Positions 1-8,598 of a stretch of DNA of 35,721 nt are shown here, one piece after another (positions within the stretch are counted from its first letter, which is position 1; each line of letters begins with the position of its first letter). A program made the position numbers and the translations under genes. Below the pieces are notes generated by a model. It was not told where the DNA came from. It saw only the letters and a program-made list of their open reading frames with translations, and made no database searches. The stretch is from Eubacteriales Family XIII. Incertae Sedis bacterium (GTDB taxonomy: Bacteria > Bacillota > Clostridia > Peptostreptococcales > Anaerovoracaceae): positions 1 to 35,721 of the forward strand of contig JAISML010000104.1 in the NCBI GenBank assembly GCA_031276775.1. The letters run 5' to 3'.

Positions 1-1
1 C

Positions 2-1507
2 GCGTTGTCCGAAAGTGCGCCGTATTCGGCGGCAAATCCGCTGTTTTGGGCGGAGGTCTATCCCAAAGGGACTTGGTATTTCGCTGCTTCCGTCTATGAA
101 CTGACGGGGAACATAGAAGCCGGCAAAGCATACACCTTATTGGTCATGGCGATCACGTTTTGCGTATACTATGATTGTTTGCGGATGAAATTCGGCTCAA
201 CGCTGCGACCGATCATCGTCTCCTTGTTCGCTGCCGCAAATCCCATCGCCGTCGCGCAGTTTCAGTCGTACTATGTGGACGGGTTGGTCTCTTGCGCGAT
301 CCTGTCCGTCTTTCTGCTGTTTGCGACGATGATGAATCGGGAATATTCAGGGGATCGCGGACTGATTCTTCTGTGCGCTGTTTGTCTGATCCTCATCGGC
401 TGCAATGTGAAGTTTTCGTCCGCACTGTTTTTGGGCAGCGTCACCGTCTGCTTTTTTGTGATCTACATGATTTACTTCATGCGCGGTCGCGTTGACTTCA
501 TCAAACCCAGTAAATTGTTCCTGCTTTTCGCCGGAAGTGCGATCGTCGCGATTCCGGTTGTGGGTTGGTCGCCGTATATTACGAATACCCTTCGCTACAA
601 ATCCCCGCTGTACGGTCTGATCGGAGGAGATGTGGCTTTGCTGGGTTCGGACAATCTTGAAATGTCCGGTGCGATCAGAGGCCTGAACAACACACAGATG
701 TTCTTTGCCTCCCTGTTCGGAAAGATGAGCCACGGCGAACACAGGACGGTCGGCGACCTCCTGAAAGTCCCGTTCACCGTTTCATGGGATGAATTGGGGT
801 TTTACAATTTCGTCGATACGAGGCTAGGCGGCATGGGTGTGCTGTTCGGCGGCATTTTTTTGCTGTCCTGCGTTATTCTTCTCGTTTGCGGCATCACGGG
901 TGGGCGTAAGCGGGCGTTGGCTCCGCACAACGTATGTCTGTTTGCGCTCGTTTCCGTAACCATTGCGGAAATGCTGATTCTGCCCGCATCGTATCAGGCG
1001 AGGTACATCGGGTTCATCTGCATCGTTCCCGTAATGGCGCTTGCCGTCGTCTTTTGCCGTAACGCGCCGTCGGATCGACACGGCGGCTTGCGCGCCGACG
1101 GATCTTCGGATCACTCCGTCGCGCGATCGGATCGAAGCGGTGAACGTCCGGGTTGCGCCACCGGAACTTCAGGTTGTGCCGGCGGTCGTTTTAAAATGGC
1201 AGCGGCAGTGTTTCTCTCGGCGGCGATGTTTCTGAACTGCATGCCTTGGGGATATCCCGCGTTGCAACGCATCATCGAATCCGCGCATACGAGGACGGCG
1301 CTGAAAAGCATGGCGACGTCCGGAACGGATCAACCGTTTGAAGTCCTGTTTTATCTGAGGGATTTCAGCGGACTCAACTACAATCTCCGGGACTTTGGCG
1401 TTCCTTATGTCATTGCCGAGGAGGAACGACCGGGGGATGACTTTCAAAGTACCTATTTCAATTGGATATTTTACAGACAGGCGGTGGATCTTGGGCAGTT
1501 GGAATAG
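2..1507 (+). CDS. Polytopic integral membrane protein, probably 5'-truncated by the window edge (putative envelope-glycan enzyme; function not established)
   Basis: The frame is open from nt 2. The track ORF 5..1507 begins at an edge TTG, so the true start is likely upstream. About 10 hydrophobic helices (YTLLVMAITFCVYY, GLILLCAVCLILIGC, MGVLFGGIFLLSCVILLVCGI). R/G/D/S-rich loop near aa 355-395 and a soluble C-terminal ~90 aa. TAG stop at 1505-1507. Followed by a second large membrane protein and galE. Confidence 0.6.
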   Translation, partial: ALSESAPYSAANPLFWAEVYPKGTWYFAASVYELTGNIEAGKAYTLLVMAITFCVYYDCLRMKFGSTLRPIIVSLFAAANPIAVAQFQSYYVDGLVSCAILSVFLLFATMMNREYSGDRGLILLCAVCLILIGCNVKFSSALFLGSVTVCFFVIYMIYFMRGRVDFIKPSKLFLLFAGSAIVAIPVVGWSPYITNTLRYKSPLYGLIGGDVALLGSDNLEMSGAIRGLNNTQMFFASLFGKMSHGEHRTVGDLLKVPFTVSWDELGFYNFVDTRLGGMGVLFGGIFLLSCVILLVCGITGGRKRALAPHNVCLFALVSVTIAEMLILPASYQARYIGFICIVPVMALAVVFCRNAPSDRHGGLRADGSSDHSVARSDRSGERPGCATGTSGCAGGRFKMAAAVFLSAAMFLNCMPWGYPALQRIIESAHTRTALKSMATSGTDQPFEVLFYLRDFSGLNYNLRDFGVPYVIAEEERPGDDFQSTYFNWIFYRQAVDLGQLE

Positions 1508-1520
1508 AGGACAAATCCAA

Positions 1521-3626
1521 TTGGGACGGGAGCGTTCCGTCAAACGTTTCGCGGGAACATTGGCTGTCTGCGCGGTTTTTTCCATGCTTGCCGCCTGCGC
1601 GACCGTATCTTTGCTGACGGAAGCGACGTTTTCGCTGTCACTCTTTCGCGGACTCGCGGGTCAACGGGTGGAACTGCTTGCGCCCGTGTTTCTGTTCGCG
1701 TCTTTGCATCTGATCGTTGATGTTCGCCGTTTGTATGATTGCATATTCAGATACAGATGGCTGATCGCGGCGTTTGTCTTCGTGTTTCTGGTTCTGAATC
1801 GGTTCAATCTTTCATCTATCGGCATGTACAATTATTTTGTTCAGCCCGGTGCGGGCAATGCGTATATCGAGCCGGTCTTTGGCGTTCCTCGGTTTATTCG
1901 CGGGGATGAATGGGGCGTTTCGACGCCGTGGCAATTGTCGGCGCAGTACGGAGATGCGTATGGGGAATACAATTGGATCATTCGCGGTACGCGGAGTGAC
2001 AATATTTCGACGAGCGGTCTTTATTTCGCATACTCTGCTCTGTCAAACGCGTTGAACTTCGGTTTCTTTCTGTTCGGTCCCGCATATGGGTTGGCAATTG
2101 CGACCTGGGGCAAGGCGCTGCTGACCTTGTTGGCGGCGTTTGAGTTCTTTCGCGTCGTCACAAAGGATGACAGATTCCTGTCTTTTGCAGGCGCCGTCTT
2201 GGTTTCGCTTTCATCATTTTATGTTTGGTGGTCGCTGACGCCGTTTCACAGTATCACGAATGTGATGATCGTCACAGTTTGCATTTACAGGTTTCTTTTC
2301 GCGAAGCGCGTGGCGTTCAAACTTTTTCTGGGCGCCGCCATCGTACTTTCGTTGTCGAATTTCGTCTGTTCTTTCTACCCCGCGTGGCAGGTTCCGGCCG
2401 GATACATTCTGCTGACGCTTTTCGTCTATCTTGTCACAGAGCATTTTGACGCGGTAAAGCGTTTGAAAGCGGGGGACTGGATCATTGTCGCAGTGGCGCT
2501 TTTGATAACCGTTTCAATCGTCGTCGCCGTCCTGCGCGACAGAGCCGATTACATTGCCGCCGTGTCGGAAACCGTATATCCGGGGCAACGCCGGGACACC
2601 GGAAGATATTGGACTGCGGTACAGAGCCTGTTCTTCGGGATGCAGTCATTCCTCTATCCATTCAAAGACGTAGGAAATCCCAGCGAAGGAGGCACGTTCT
2701 TTGCGCTGTGTCCTCTCTCATTCTTCGCGGGCGCGTATGTGTGGTGGAAAGATAAGCGGTCGAACCGGTTGATCCTGTTGTTGAATCTGCTGACACTGTT
2801 CTTTCTCTTTTATATCGGAATCGGATTGCCCGATTGGTTGGCGCGCGCGCTCCTGATCGATCGGACGATCACGACGCGGCTTGCGCCTTTTGTCGCCTTG
2901 CTTCAATTGATCGTTCTGCTGTCGGTACTCGCACAGAATCAGGTATTGCCGCGCAAAAAATGGGTTGGGATCGGTTCGGGTCTTTTCACCGCCGCCGTTC
3001 ATGTCGTCTTTTGTCTGTGGGTCTATCCCGCCTATATGCCATTTGCATATATCGCGCTTATCGTACCGTTGTACGTCTTGGGCGGGTATGTCATGGTTGT
3101 GAAAAGTTCGCGGAAGTCCATTCTATTTTTTGTTGTGATCGTCGTGACGCTTACCTTGGCGTCGTCCGCCTATGTCAATCCGATCATGAAAGGGACGGAT
3201 GCCATTTACTCGAAGCCTGCTGCTGTGCGGATCGCGGAACTTGTGCGGGAAACGCCGGAAGCGAAATGGATTGCGACGGGGGAATTCAGGCTCAACGGAT
3301 TCTTGATGGCCTGCGGTGCGCCCACCTTGACTTCCGTGAATTACATTCCGAACATGGGAATGTGGGAGAAACTGGATCCGACAGGGGCGTATGCAGAGAC
3401 ATACAATCGCTATCATCATATATTCTGCAATCTGACGACCGGAAAGACGAAGATAAGTCTGAGTGCGGAGGATGGCGTTGATTTGTTGCTGTCTTATGAG
3501 GATTTGAGAAAGATCGGCGCGGATTACGTCTTTACGCTCGAAATCCTCGAAACCGAGCCAAATGCGCCGCTGGAACAGGTTTATGATGAAGCCGGCGTCC
3601 GCATCTATCGTGTGACGGATCGGTAG
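1521..3626 (+). CDS. Large polytopic membrane protein with a soluble C-terminal domain (putative GT-C-like glycosyltransferase/polymerase; function not established)
   Basis: Track ORF 1395..3626. I prefer TTG 1521: GAGG at 1507-1510 lies upstream, and this start gives a K/R-rich N-terminus followed by a TM helix (AGTLAVCAVFSMLAACATV). Alternatives are ATG 1584 or 1395. More than 12 hydrophobic segments, then a ~170-aa hydrophilic C-terminal domain. TAG stop at 3624-3626. Confidence 0.6.
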   Translation: MGRERSVKRFAGTLAVCAVFSMLAACATVSLLTEATFSLSLFRGLAGQRVELLAPVFLFASLHLIVDVRRLYDCIFRYRWLIAAFVFVFLVLNRFNLSSIGMYNYFVQPGAGNAYIEPVFGVPRFIRGDEWGVSTPWQLSAQYGDAYGEYNWIIRGTRSDNISTSGLYFAYSALSNALNFGFFLFGPAYGLAIATWGKALLTLLAAFEFFRVVTKDDRFLSFAGAVLVSLSSFYVWWSLTPFHSITNVMIVTVCIYRFLFAKRVAFKLFLGAAIVLSLSNFVCSFYPAWQVPAGYILLTLFVYLVTEHFDAVKRLKAGDWIIVAVALLITVSIVVAVLRDRADYIAAVSETVYPGQRRDTGRYWTAVQSLFFGMQSFLYPFKDVGNPSEGGTFFALCPLSFFAGAYVWWKDKRSNRLILLLNLLTLFFLFYIGIGLPDWLARALLIDRTITTRLAPFVALLQLIVLLSVLAQNQVLPRKKWVGIGSGLFTAAVHVVFCLWVYPAYMPFAYIALIVPLYVLGGYVMVVKSSRKSILFFVVIVVTLTLASSAYVNPIMKGTDAIYSKPAAVRIAELVRETPEAKWIATGEFRLNGFLMACGAPTLTSVNYIPNMGMWEKLDPTGAYAETYNRYHHIFCNLTTGKTKISLSAEDGVDLLLSYEDLRKIGADYVFTLEILETEPNAPLEQVYDEAGVRIYRVTDR

Positions 3627-3746
3627 ACGCATGGATGCGGTAACGGAGCGCCGGATGCACGGGTGCGGTGACGAAAGCGTTGTCAGTGTGCGATGGTGGA
3701 CGTGATTTGCCGGAAACAGCGTGATTGAAAGAACAAGCCGATTTGT

Positions 3747-3776
3747 TTGAACGTCTGCGCGTTTTCGTGTTATAGT
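3747..3776 (+). promoter_or_regulatory. Candidate sigma-A-type promoter upstream of galE
   Basis: TTGAAC (3747-3752), 18-nt spacer, TGtTATAGT (extended -10, hexamer 3771-3776), about 58 nt upstream of the galE ATG. Confidence 0.3.
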
Positions 3777-3833
3777 AAGCAACACGCTTCAAACAATCTG
3801 GGCGATGGTTAATGGTTAGGGGAGAATGCGGGT

Positions 3834-4841
3834 ATGAACATACTGCTTACCGGCGGCGCCGGGTTTATCGGGAGTCACACGGCGGTCGTGTTGCTCGAAA
3901 GCGGGCATGACGTCGTCGTTTTGGACAATTTTTCAAACAGCAAGCCTTCCGTGCTCGATCGGATCGAAGCGATCGCGGGACGGAGCTGTCCGTGCGAAAA
4001 CGCGGATCTCTTGGATGAGGCGGCCGTCCGCGACGTGTTTGACCGGCACGGTTTTGACGCGGTTGTCCATTTTGCGGGGTTGAAAGCCGTGGGCGAGTCG
4101 GTGGAAAAGCCCTTGTCATATTACGCGAACAATCTGATCGGAACGATCCGTCTGACGGAGGCGATGGCGGAACACGGTGTCAAAGATCTGATCTTCAGTT
4201 CCTCGGCGACCGTGTACCGTGCGGACAACCCCGTCCCTTATCACGAGGATGATGCGCTTGGCGCGACCAACCCCTACGGGCGTACGAAGGTGATGATCGA
4301 ACAGATCTTGCGCGACGTATGCGCGGCCGATCCGCAATGGTCGGTGGCGCTTTTGCGGTATTTCAATCCGATCGGCGCGCATCCGAGCGGACGCATCGGG
4401 GAGGATCCGAACGGGATTCCCAACAATCTTCTGCCCTATGTGTCTAAAGTGGCAGCAGGCGAACTGCCCGTCATTCATATCTTCGGGGACGACTACGGTA
4501 CGCCCGACGGCACGGGCGTCAGGGATTACATCCATGTGATGGACTTGGCGGAGGGGCATCTTTTGGCCTTGGAGTACATCCGGGAGCGCAAAGGGGCGTT
4601 CCCGTTCAATCTCGGCACGGGCAAAGGTTACAGTGTCAAAGAGGTCATCGCGGCGTTTGAGCGGGCTTGCGGCAGGCCGTTGCCGGTCGAGATCGATGCG
4701 CGGCGGGCGGGCGATCTGCCGATCGTCTACGCGAACGCGGATCTCGCCCGGGCGGAGCTGGGATTTTCGGCCAAGCGCGATCTGACCGAAATGTGCGCGG
4801 ACGCGTGGCGTTGGCAGCAGAGGGCATGGAGCGGGCAATGA
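3834..4841 (+). CDS. galE: UDP-glucose 4-epimerase
   Basis: N-terminal Rossmann motif ILLTGGAGFIGSH. Short-chain dehydrogenase catalytic Y-x3-K context (NPYGRTK). Length 335 aa and overall GalE-like sequence. SD-like GGGGAG upstream. Confidence 0.93.
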   Translation: MNILLTGGAGFIGSHTAVVLLESGHDVVVLDNFSNSKPSVLDRIEAIAGRSCPCENADLLDEAAVRDVFDRHGFDAVVHFAGLKAVGESVEKPLSYYANNLIGTIRLTEAMAEHGVKDLIFSSSATVYRADNPVPYHEDDALGATNPYGRTKVMIEQILRDVCAADPQWSVALLRYFNPIGAHPSGRIGEDPNGIPNNLLPYVSKVAAGELPVIHIFGDDYGTPDGTGVRDYIHVMDLAEGHLLALEYIRERKGAFPFNLGTGKGYSVKEVIAAFERACGRPLPVEIDARRAGDLPIVYANADLARAELGFSAKRDLTEMCADAWRWQQRAWSGQ

Positions 4842-4945
4842 CGGTTTCGGCCGGGGTCGGTCCGTTTTCGCGGATTGAGGAGATCATGATTTGCGTTTTC
4901 CGATCACGACCTACGGCATACAGGCAGAGGAAAAAAATGATAGTA

Positions 4946-4974
4946 TTGACTTATGTCGGCGGACATGGTATGAT
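4946..4974 (+). promoter_or_regulatory. Candidate sigma-A promoter of the Opu-like ABC operon
   Basis: TTGACT (4946-4951), 17-nt spacer, TGgTATGAT (extended -10, hexamer 4969-4974), in an AT-rich island within a GC-rich genome. Confidence 0.45.
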
Positions 4975-4989
4975 AACGCAATAAACATA

Positions 4990-5016
4990 TTTATCATATA
5001 TATTATATATGATAAA
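4990..5016. promoter_or_regulatory. Perfect 13-1-13 AT-only-core palindrome, operator-like, just downstream of the candidate -10
   Basis: TTTATCATATATA-T-TATATATGATAAA, checked base by base for reverse-complement symmetry. It begins 16 nt after the -10 hexamer, overlapping roughly +9 to +35 of the predicted transcript. Confidence 0.6.
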
Positions 5017-5105
5017 CGGGAAGTTTGGGTGAAAGGTTGACGGACAGATCCGCGCGGCGCGGGGATCGCAGAGGCTTATCGCGAGAATCGCAAGGGGTTT
5101 ATCGC

Positions 5106-6749
5106 ATGAACCAAACGGGACTTATCGAAAAGATCGTCGAGTATTTTCAAAACCGTTCGGACGTCTATCTGGAAGCGGTGGCGCGCCATCTTTTGATCAG
5201 CGCCGCAGCGGTGTGCGTCGCGTGCGCCGTCGGGATTCCTCTGGGGATCTTCTGCGCGGGGAACGCGAAAATGCGGACGCTCGTAACGGGTCTGTTCAGC
5301 ACATTGCGCATTGTCCCAAGCCTTGCGGTGCTCCTGCTCTGCATCCCCCTCATCGGCACGGGATTGGCTCCGGCGTTGGTTGCGCTTTCGTTTCTCGCAA
5401 TCCCGCCGGTGCTGATCAACACGACGCAGGCGTTTGCGGGCGTCCCGTCCTCCGTCCTGGAGACGGCTGCGGGCATGGGGATGGGCGGCGCGCGCATCTT
5501 TTGGAAAGTGAAAGCGCCCCTGTCCCTGCCCATCGTGCTGACGGGGATCAAGACTGCCGTCGTGGAGGTGATCGCCAGCGCCACCTTGGCCGCGTACATC
5601 GGCGCGGGCGGGCTCGGCAACATCATCTTCACGGGTTTGGGGCTCCTGCGCGCGGATCTGCTGCTCATCGGCGGGATATCGGTCGCCCTGCTGTCCGTCC
5701 TGACCGATTTTTTCCTCAACCGATTGGAACGGCGCATCGTGCGGTACCGCGACCCAAACGCAAAAATGAAGACGGAAGGAAGGCTGGGACATATGAAAAA
5801 ACAATTGAAAAAACGTTGGTTTGGCAGAATGACGGCGGTGGCTTTGATCTTGGGCATGACCGTCCTCCTCTCCGCCTGCGGCGGGGATGGCGGCGACGGA
5901 AACGTCTCCGGCGATGACGCGGATGTGGGCAGCGGCGCGCCTGTTCGCATCGGTTCCAAAGATTTCACGGAAAATTTGATATTGGCGGAGATCTATGCGC
6001 TGGCCTTGGAGGACAAGGGCGGGCTTGCGGTGGATCGCACGTTCAGCCTTGCGAGTTCCTCGGTTCACACCGCGTTGGTCAGCGACGAGATCGATCTCTA
6101 TCCCGAGTATACGGGCACGGGCTTGCTGTCCGTCCTGCAGCTTGACCTTCTCACGGATCCGCAGGAGGTCTATGACACGGTGAAAGAAGCCTATGAGGAC
6201 AGGTTCGATCTCATTTGGTTGGATTACGCGCAGGCCAATGACGGACAGGGCATCGCGGTCACAAAGGCGGTGTCCGACGAGTACGGCGTCAGGACCATTT
6301 CCGATCTGCAAAAGCAGGCCGCGAACATCCGGTTTGCCTCACAAGGGGAATTCGATGAGCGGGAGGACGGCATCCCGGCCCTGGAAGCGGTCTACGGTCC
6401 GTTTGCGTTCAAGTCGTCCGTTGTGATAGACAATGCGCTGAAATATGATATGCTGTTGAACGGAGAAGCCGACGCGGCGCCGGCCTACACTTCGGAGGGA
6501 CAATTGGTCAATCCGGCGTTCGTGCTTTTGGAGGACGACAGGCAGGTCTGGCCGCCTTACAACATCGCGCCGGTCGCGCGCGCGTCGATTTTGGAAACTT
6601 ATCCGGAGATAGCGGACATTCTCAACGCCGTCAACGCGTTGATAGACACGCCCACGATCACCTCGCTCAATGCGGAGGTCGACGTGGACGGCAAGGAATA
6701 TGAGGAGGTTGCGAAAGCGTACTATGACTCTATCAAAGACTCGATCTGA
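5106..6749 (+). CDS. Fused ABC permease plus substrate-binding protein of the OpuC/OpuB/ProWX (onium-compound) family
   Basis: The N-terminal ~215 aa are a BPD-type permease with multiple TM helices and motifs (ETAAGMGMGGARIFWKVKAPLSLP). Then an in-frame lipoprotein-like signal (MKKQLKKRWFGRMTAVALILGMTVLLSAC). Then an OpuCC/ProX-like SBP domain (IGSKDFTENLILAEIYALAL ... YPEYTGTGL). Start ATG 5106 (AAGGGG upstream) is preferred over the track start 5025. Confidence 0.85.
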   Translation: MNQTGLIEKIVEYFQNRSDVYLEAVARHLLISAAAVCVACAVGIPLGIFCAGNAKMRTLVTGLFSTLRIVPSLAVLLLCIPLIGTGLAPALVALSFLAIPPVLINTTQAFAGVPSSVLETAAGMGMGGARIFWKVKAPLSLPIVLTGIKTAVVEVIASATLAAYIGAGGLGNIIFTGLGLLRADLLLIGGISVALLSVLTDFFLNRLERRIVRYRDPNAKMKTEGRLGHMKKQLKKRWFGRMTAVALILGMTVLLSACGGDGGDGNVSGDDADVGSGAPVRIGSKDFTENLILAEIYALALEDKGGLAVDRTFSLASSSVHTALVSDEIDLYPEYTGTGLLSVLQLDLLTDPQEVYDTVKEAYEDRFDLIWLDYAQANDGQGIAVTKAVSDEYGVRTISDLQKQAANIRFASQGEFDEREDGIPALEAVYGPFAFKSSVVIDNALKYDMLLNGEADAAPAYTSEGQLVNPAFVLLEDDRQVWPPYNIAPVARASILETYPEIADILNAVNALIDTPTITSLNAEVDVDGKEYEEVAKAYYDSIKDSI

Positions 6750-7797
6750 CGGGAATCAAAAGGGGGACGTCCCGTGTGAGGACAGGGCGCGGTTTTTGGA
6801 CAAGTTCGGCGTGCCCGAGGCGGCGCATGCCGTCATCGACCGGATCGTGACGCCCTTGGAACAGAAACTTGTCGCGGCGCTCGCGGACGAAACGTTTGAT
6901 CTCGCGGAGATCGGCAGGGTGCTGTCCTGCCCCTTTTCGCTCGCGGAGCTTTCGTTGATGTCTCTTGAGGGTGTTGCGACGTTCGACGAGAACGAGGCGA
7001 AGCGGTTTGCGGATTCGGCTTACCGGAGGGGAATCATCGCTGTCGCGGAGGAAGGCGCGCGGGACGGAACCGGGCGGCGCTACCGCATCGCGGATTTTTA
7101 CGGCCGCTTGGATATCTTTGCCGTTACGGAACAGGATGCGTGGCGTTCGCTTCCGCAGGAGGTTCAAACCGCCTTGGACGACTGGTATTTCGATACCTAT
7201 TATGCCGGTTTGGATTGGAGTGCGGACGGCGGGAAACCCACCGACGAGAGAGTGCTCACCCTTGAGGAAACGTTGGCCTACATCGATCGGAACCACGAAA
7301 AGGGAAGACAGATTTACCTCACGGACTGCGATTGCCGCGCGCTGAGAGGCAATTGCGGCAGTCCGACGCTCGTTTGCCTGTCCTATCGCGACGGACCGAA
7401 CAGCTTTCCCGATCGGGGAATCTCCAAACCCGTTACGCACGGGGAAGCGAAAGCGGTGGTGGTGTCCGCGGATCGGGCGGCTTTGGTACACACGGTCAAT
7501 CCGAACGGCATTTGCAATTGCTGCGGCGATTGTTGCTACCTCTTCCGCGCACGGAAACGCAGAGGCAGCGGCCCCGTATGGCCCGAAAGCCGGCACATCA
7601 TCACCTTTGAGACGGGTCGCTGCATCGGTTGCGGCATTTGTCTGGGACGATGCCGTTTCGGTGTGTTCGACAAGAGCGATTTTTCGGGCGGGAAGGCGGT
7701 TGCGGATGATACGCGTTGCGTGGGTTGCGGCGTCTGCGTGTCGACCTGCCCGTCAGACGCCCTGCGCCTGGCGCCGAGGGTGGGTCGGTCGATATGA
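6724..7797 (+). CDS. Cys-rich Fe-S protein: wHTH-like N-terminus, two extra Cys motifs, C-terminal 2x[4Fe-4S] ferredoxin domain (uncharacterised)
   Basis: CIGCGICLGRC and CVGCGVCVSTCP are classical CxxCxxCxxxC(P) motifs. Additional motifs are CDCx6Cx6C and CNCCGDCC. ATG 6724 follows GAGGAGG (6703-6709) and overlaps the upstream gene by 26 nt. The stop overlaps the next start (ATGA at 7794-7797). Confidence 0.7.
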   Translation: MTLSKTRSDGNQKGDVPCEDRARFLDKFGVPEAAHAVIDRIVTPLEQKLVAALADETFDLAEIGRVLSCPFSLAELSLMSLEGVATFDENEAKRFADSAYRRGIIAVAEEGARDGTGRRYRIADFYGRLDIFAVTEQDAWRSLPQEVQTALDDWYFDTYYAGLDWSADGGKPTDERVLTLEETLAYIDRNHEKGRQIYLTDCDCRALRGNCGSPTLVCLSYRDGPNSFPDRGISKPVTHGEAKAVVVSADRAALVHTVNPNGICNCCGDCCYLFRARKRRGSGPVWPESRHIITFETGRCIGCGICLGRCRFGVFDKSDFSGGKAVADDTRCVGCGVCVSTCPSDALRLAPRVGRSI

Positions 7798-8561
7798 TTG
7801 CGATCAGCTTCGACGGCGTGGTGAAGCGGTTTCCCGGCGCAGCGCGGAACGCGGTGGATCGCGTTTCCCTTGAAATCGAAGAGGGGGAACTGATCACCGT
7901 TCTCGGCGCTTCGGGCAGCGGCAAGACCACGCTGCTGAAGATGGTCAACCGGTTGTTTGAACCGAACGAGGGAACGATTTGCCTGTTCGGCGAAAACATC
8001 ATGGACAAAGACCCCGTAAAGCTGCGCCGGGGCATCGGTTACGTGATCCAGCAGATAGGCTTGTTCCCGCACATGACCGTCAGGGAGAACATCGCCACGA
8101 TCCCCCGGATACTGAAATGGGACAGGGCGCGGATCGGCGTCCGCGTGGACGAATTGCTGTCGCTTGTGAATTTGGATCCCGACGAATTCCGCGAACGCTA
8201 TCCGGCGCAGCTGTCCGGCGGCCAGCAACAGCGGGTAGGCCTGGCGAGGGCTCTGGCGGCGGATCCGGCGGTCATGCTCATGGACGAACCGTTTGGCGCC
8301 ATCGATGCGATCAACCGCTCCAACCTTCAGGATGAATTGCTTGCCATTCACGGGAAGCACAAGCGGACCTACCTCTTTGTCACGCACGATGTGGCCGAAG
8401 CGTTCAAACTCGGCAACCGTGTGCTGGTGATGGATGGGGGGAGGGTAAAGCAGTTCGATACGCCGCAACGCATTGTGGACGATCCCGCCGACGATTTTGT
8501 CCGCGAACTGCTCGCGTCCTCGGGCGGGCGGCATGGGCAAAGCGCGCGGGTCGGGAATTGA
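7794..8561 (+). CDS. ABC transporter ATP-binding protein (OpuCA/ProV-like core, no CBS tail)
   Basis: Walker A GASGSGKTT, signature LSGGQQQR, Walker B VMLMDEP, H-loop VTHD. Only 255 aa. ATGA overlap with the upstream stop. Confidence 0.9.
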   Translation: MIAISFDGVVKRFPGAARNAVDRVSLEIEEGELITVLGASGSGKTTLLKMVNRLFEPNEGTICLFGENIMDKDPVKLRRGIGYVIQQIGLFPHMTVRENIATIPRILKWDRARIGVRVDELLSLVNLDPDEFRERYPAQLSGGQQQRVGLARALAADPAVMLMDEPFGAIDAINRSNLQDELLAIHGKHKRTYLFVTHDVAEAFKLGNRVLVMDGGRVKQFDTPQRIVDDPADDFVRELLASSGGRHGQSARVGN

Positions 8562-8598
8562 GTGAGGTTTCGGCACGGAATGATGGGACGGAAACGCG

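Noticed and set aside
3737-3749. 13-mer GCCGATTTGTTTG shared between the galE upstream region and repeat unit 1 at 12659-12671
   Set aside because: Roughly ten exact 13-mer coincidences are expected by chance among all position pairs in a 35.7-kb window. No additional flanking similarity was seen.
4886-4984. 32-aa ORF (MICVFRSRPTAYRQRKKMIVLTYVGGHGMITQ) with GAGGAG upstream, between galE and the Opu operon
   Set aside because: The SD spacing is only 3 nt. The ORF runs across the predicted promoter of the Opu operon and has no recognisable peptide features. Most likely fortuitous.
5017-5105. Possible c-di-AMP (ydaO-type) riboswitch in the Opu operon leader
   Set aside because: Only vague resemblances were seen (GGGGATCGC and GAATCGCAAGGGG). 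The leader is too short and lacks the conserved paired halves of the motif.
5076-8576. Minus-strand ORFs 5076..6311 (411 aa), 6733..7596 (287 aa) and 7536..8576 (346 aa)
   Set aside because: They are antisense to the ABC transporter and Fe-S genes. ABC ATPase antisense frames are a well-known source of spurious long ORFs, and these products have no recognisable motifs.
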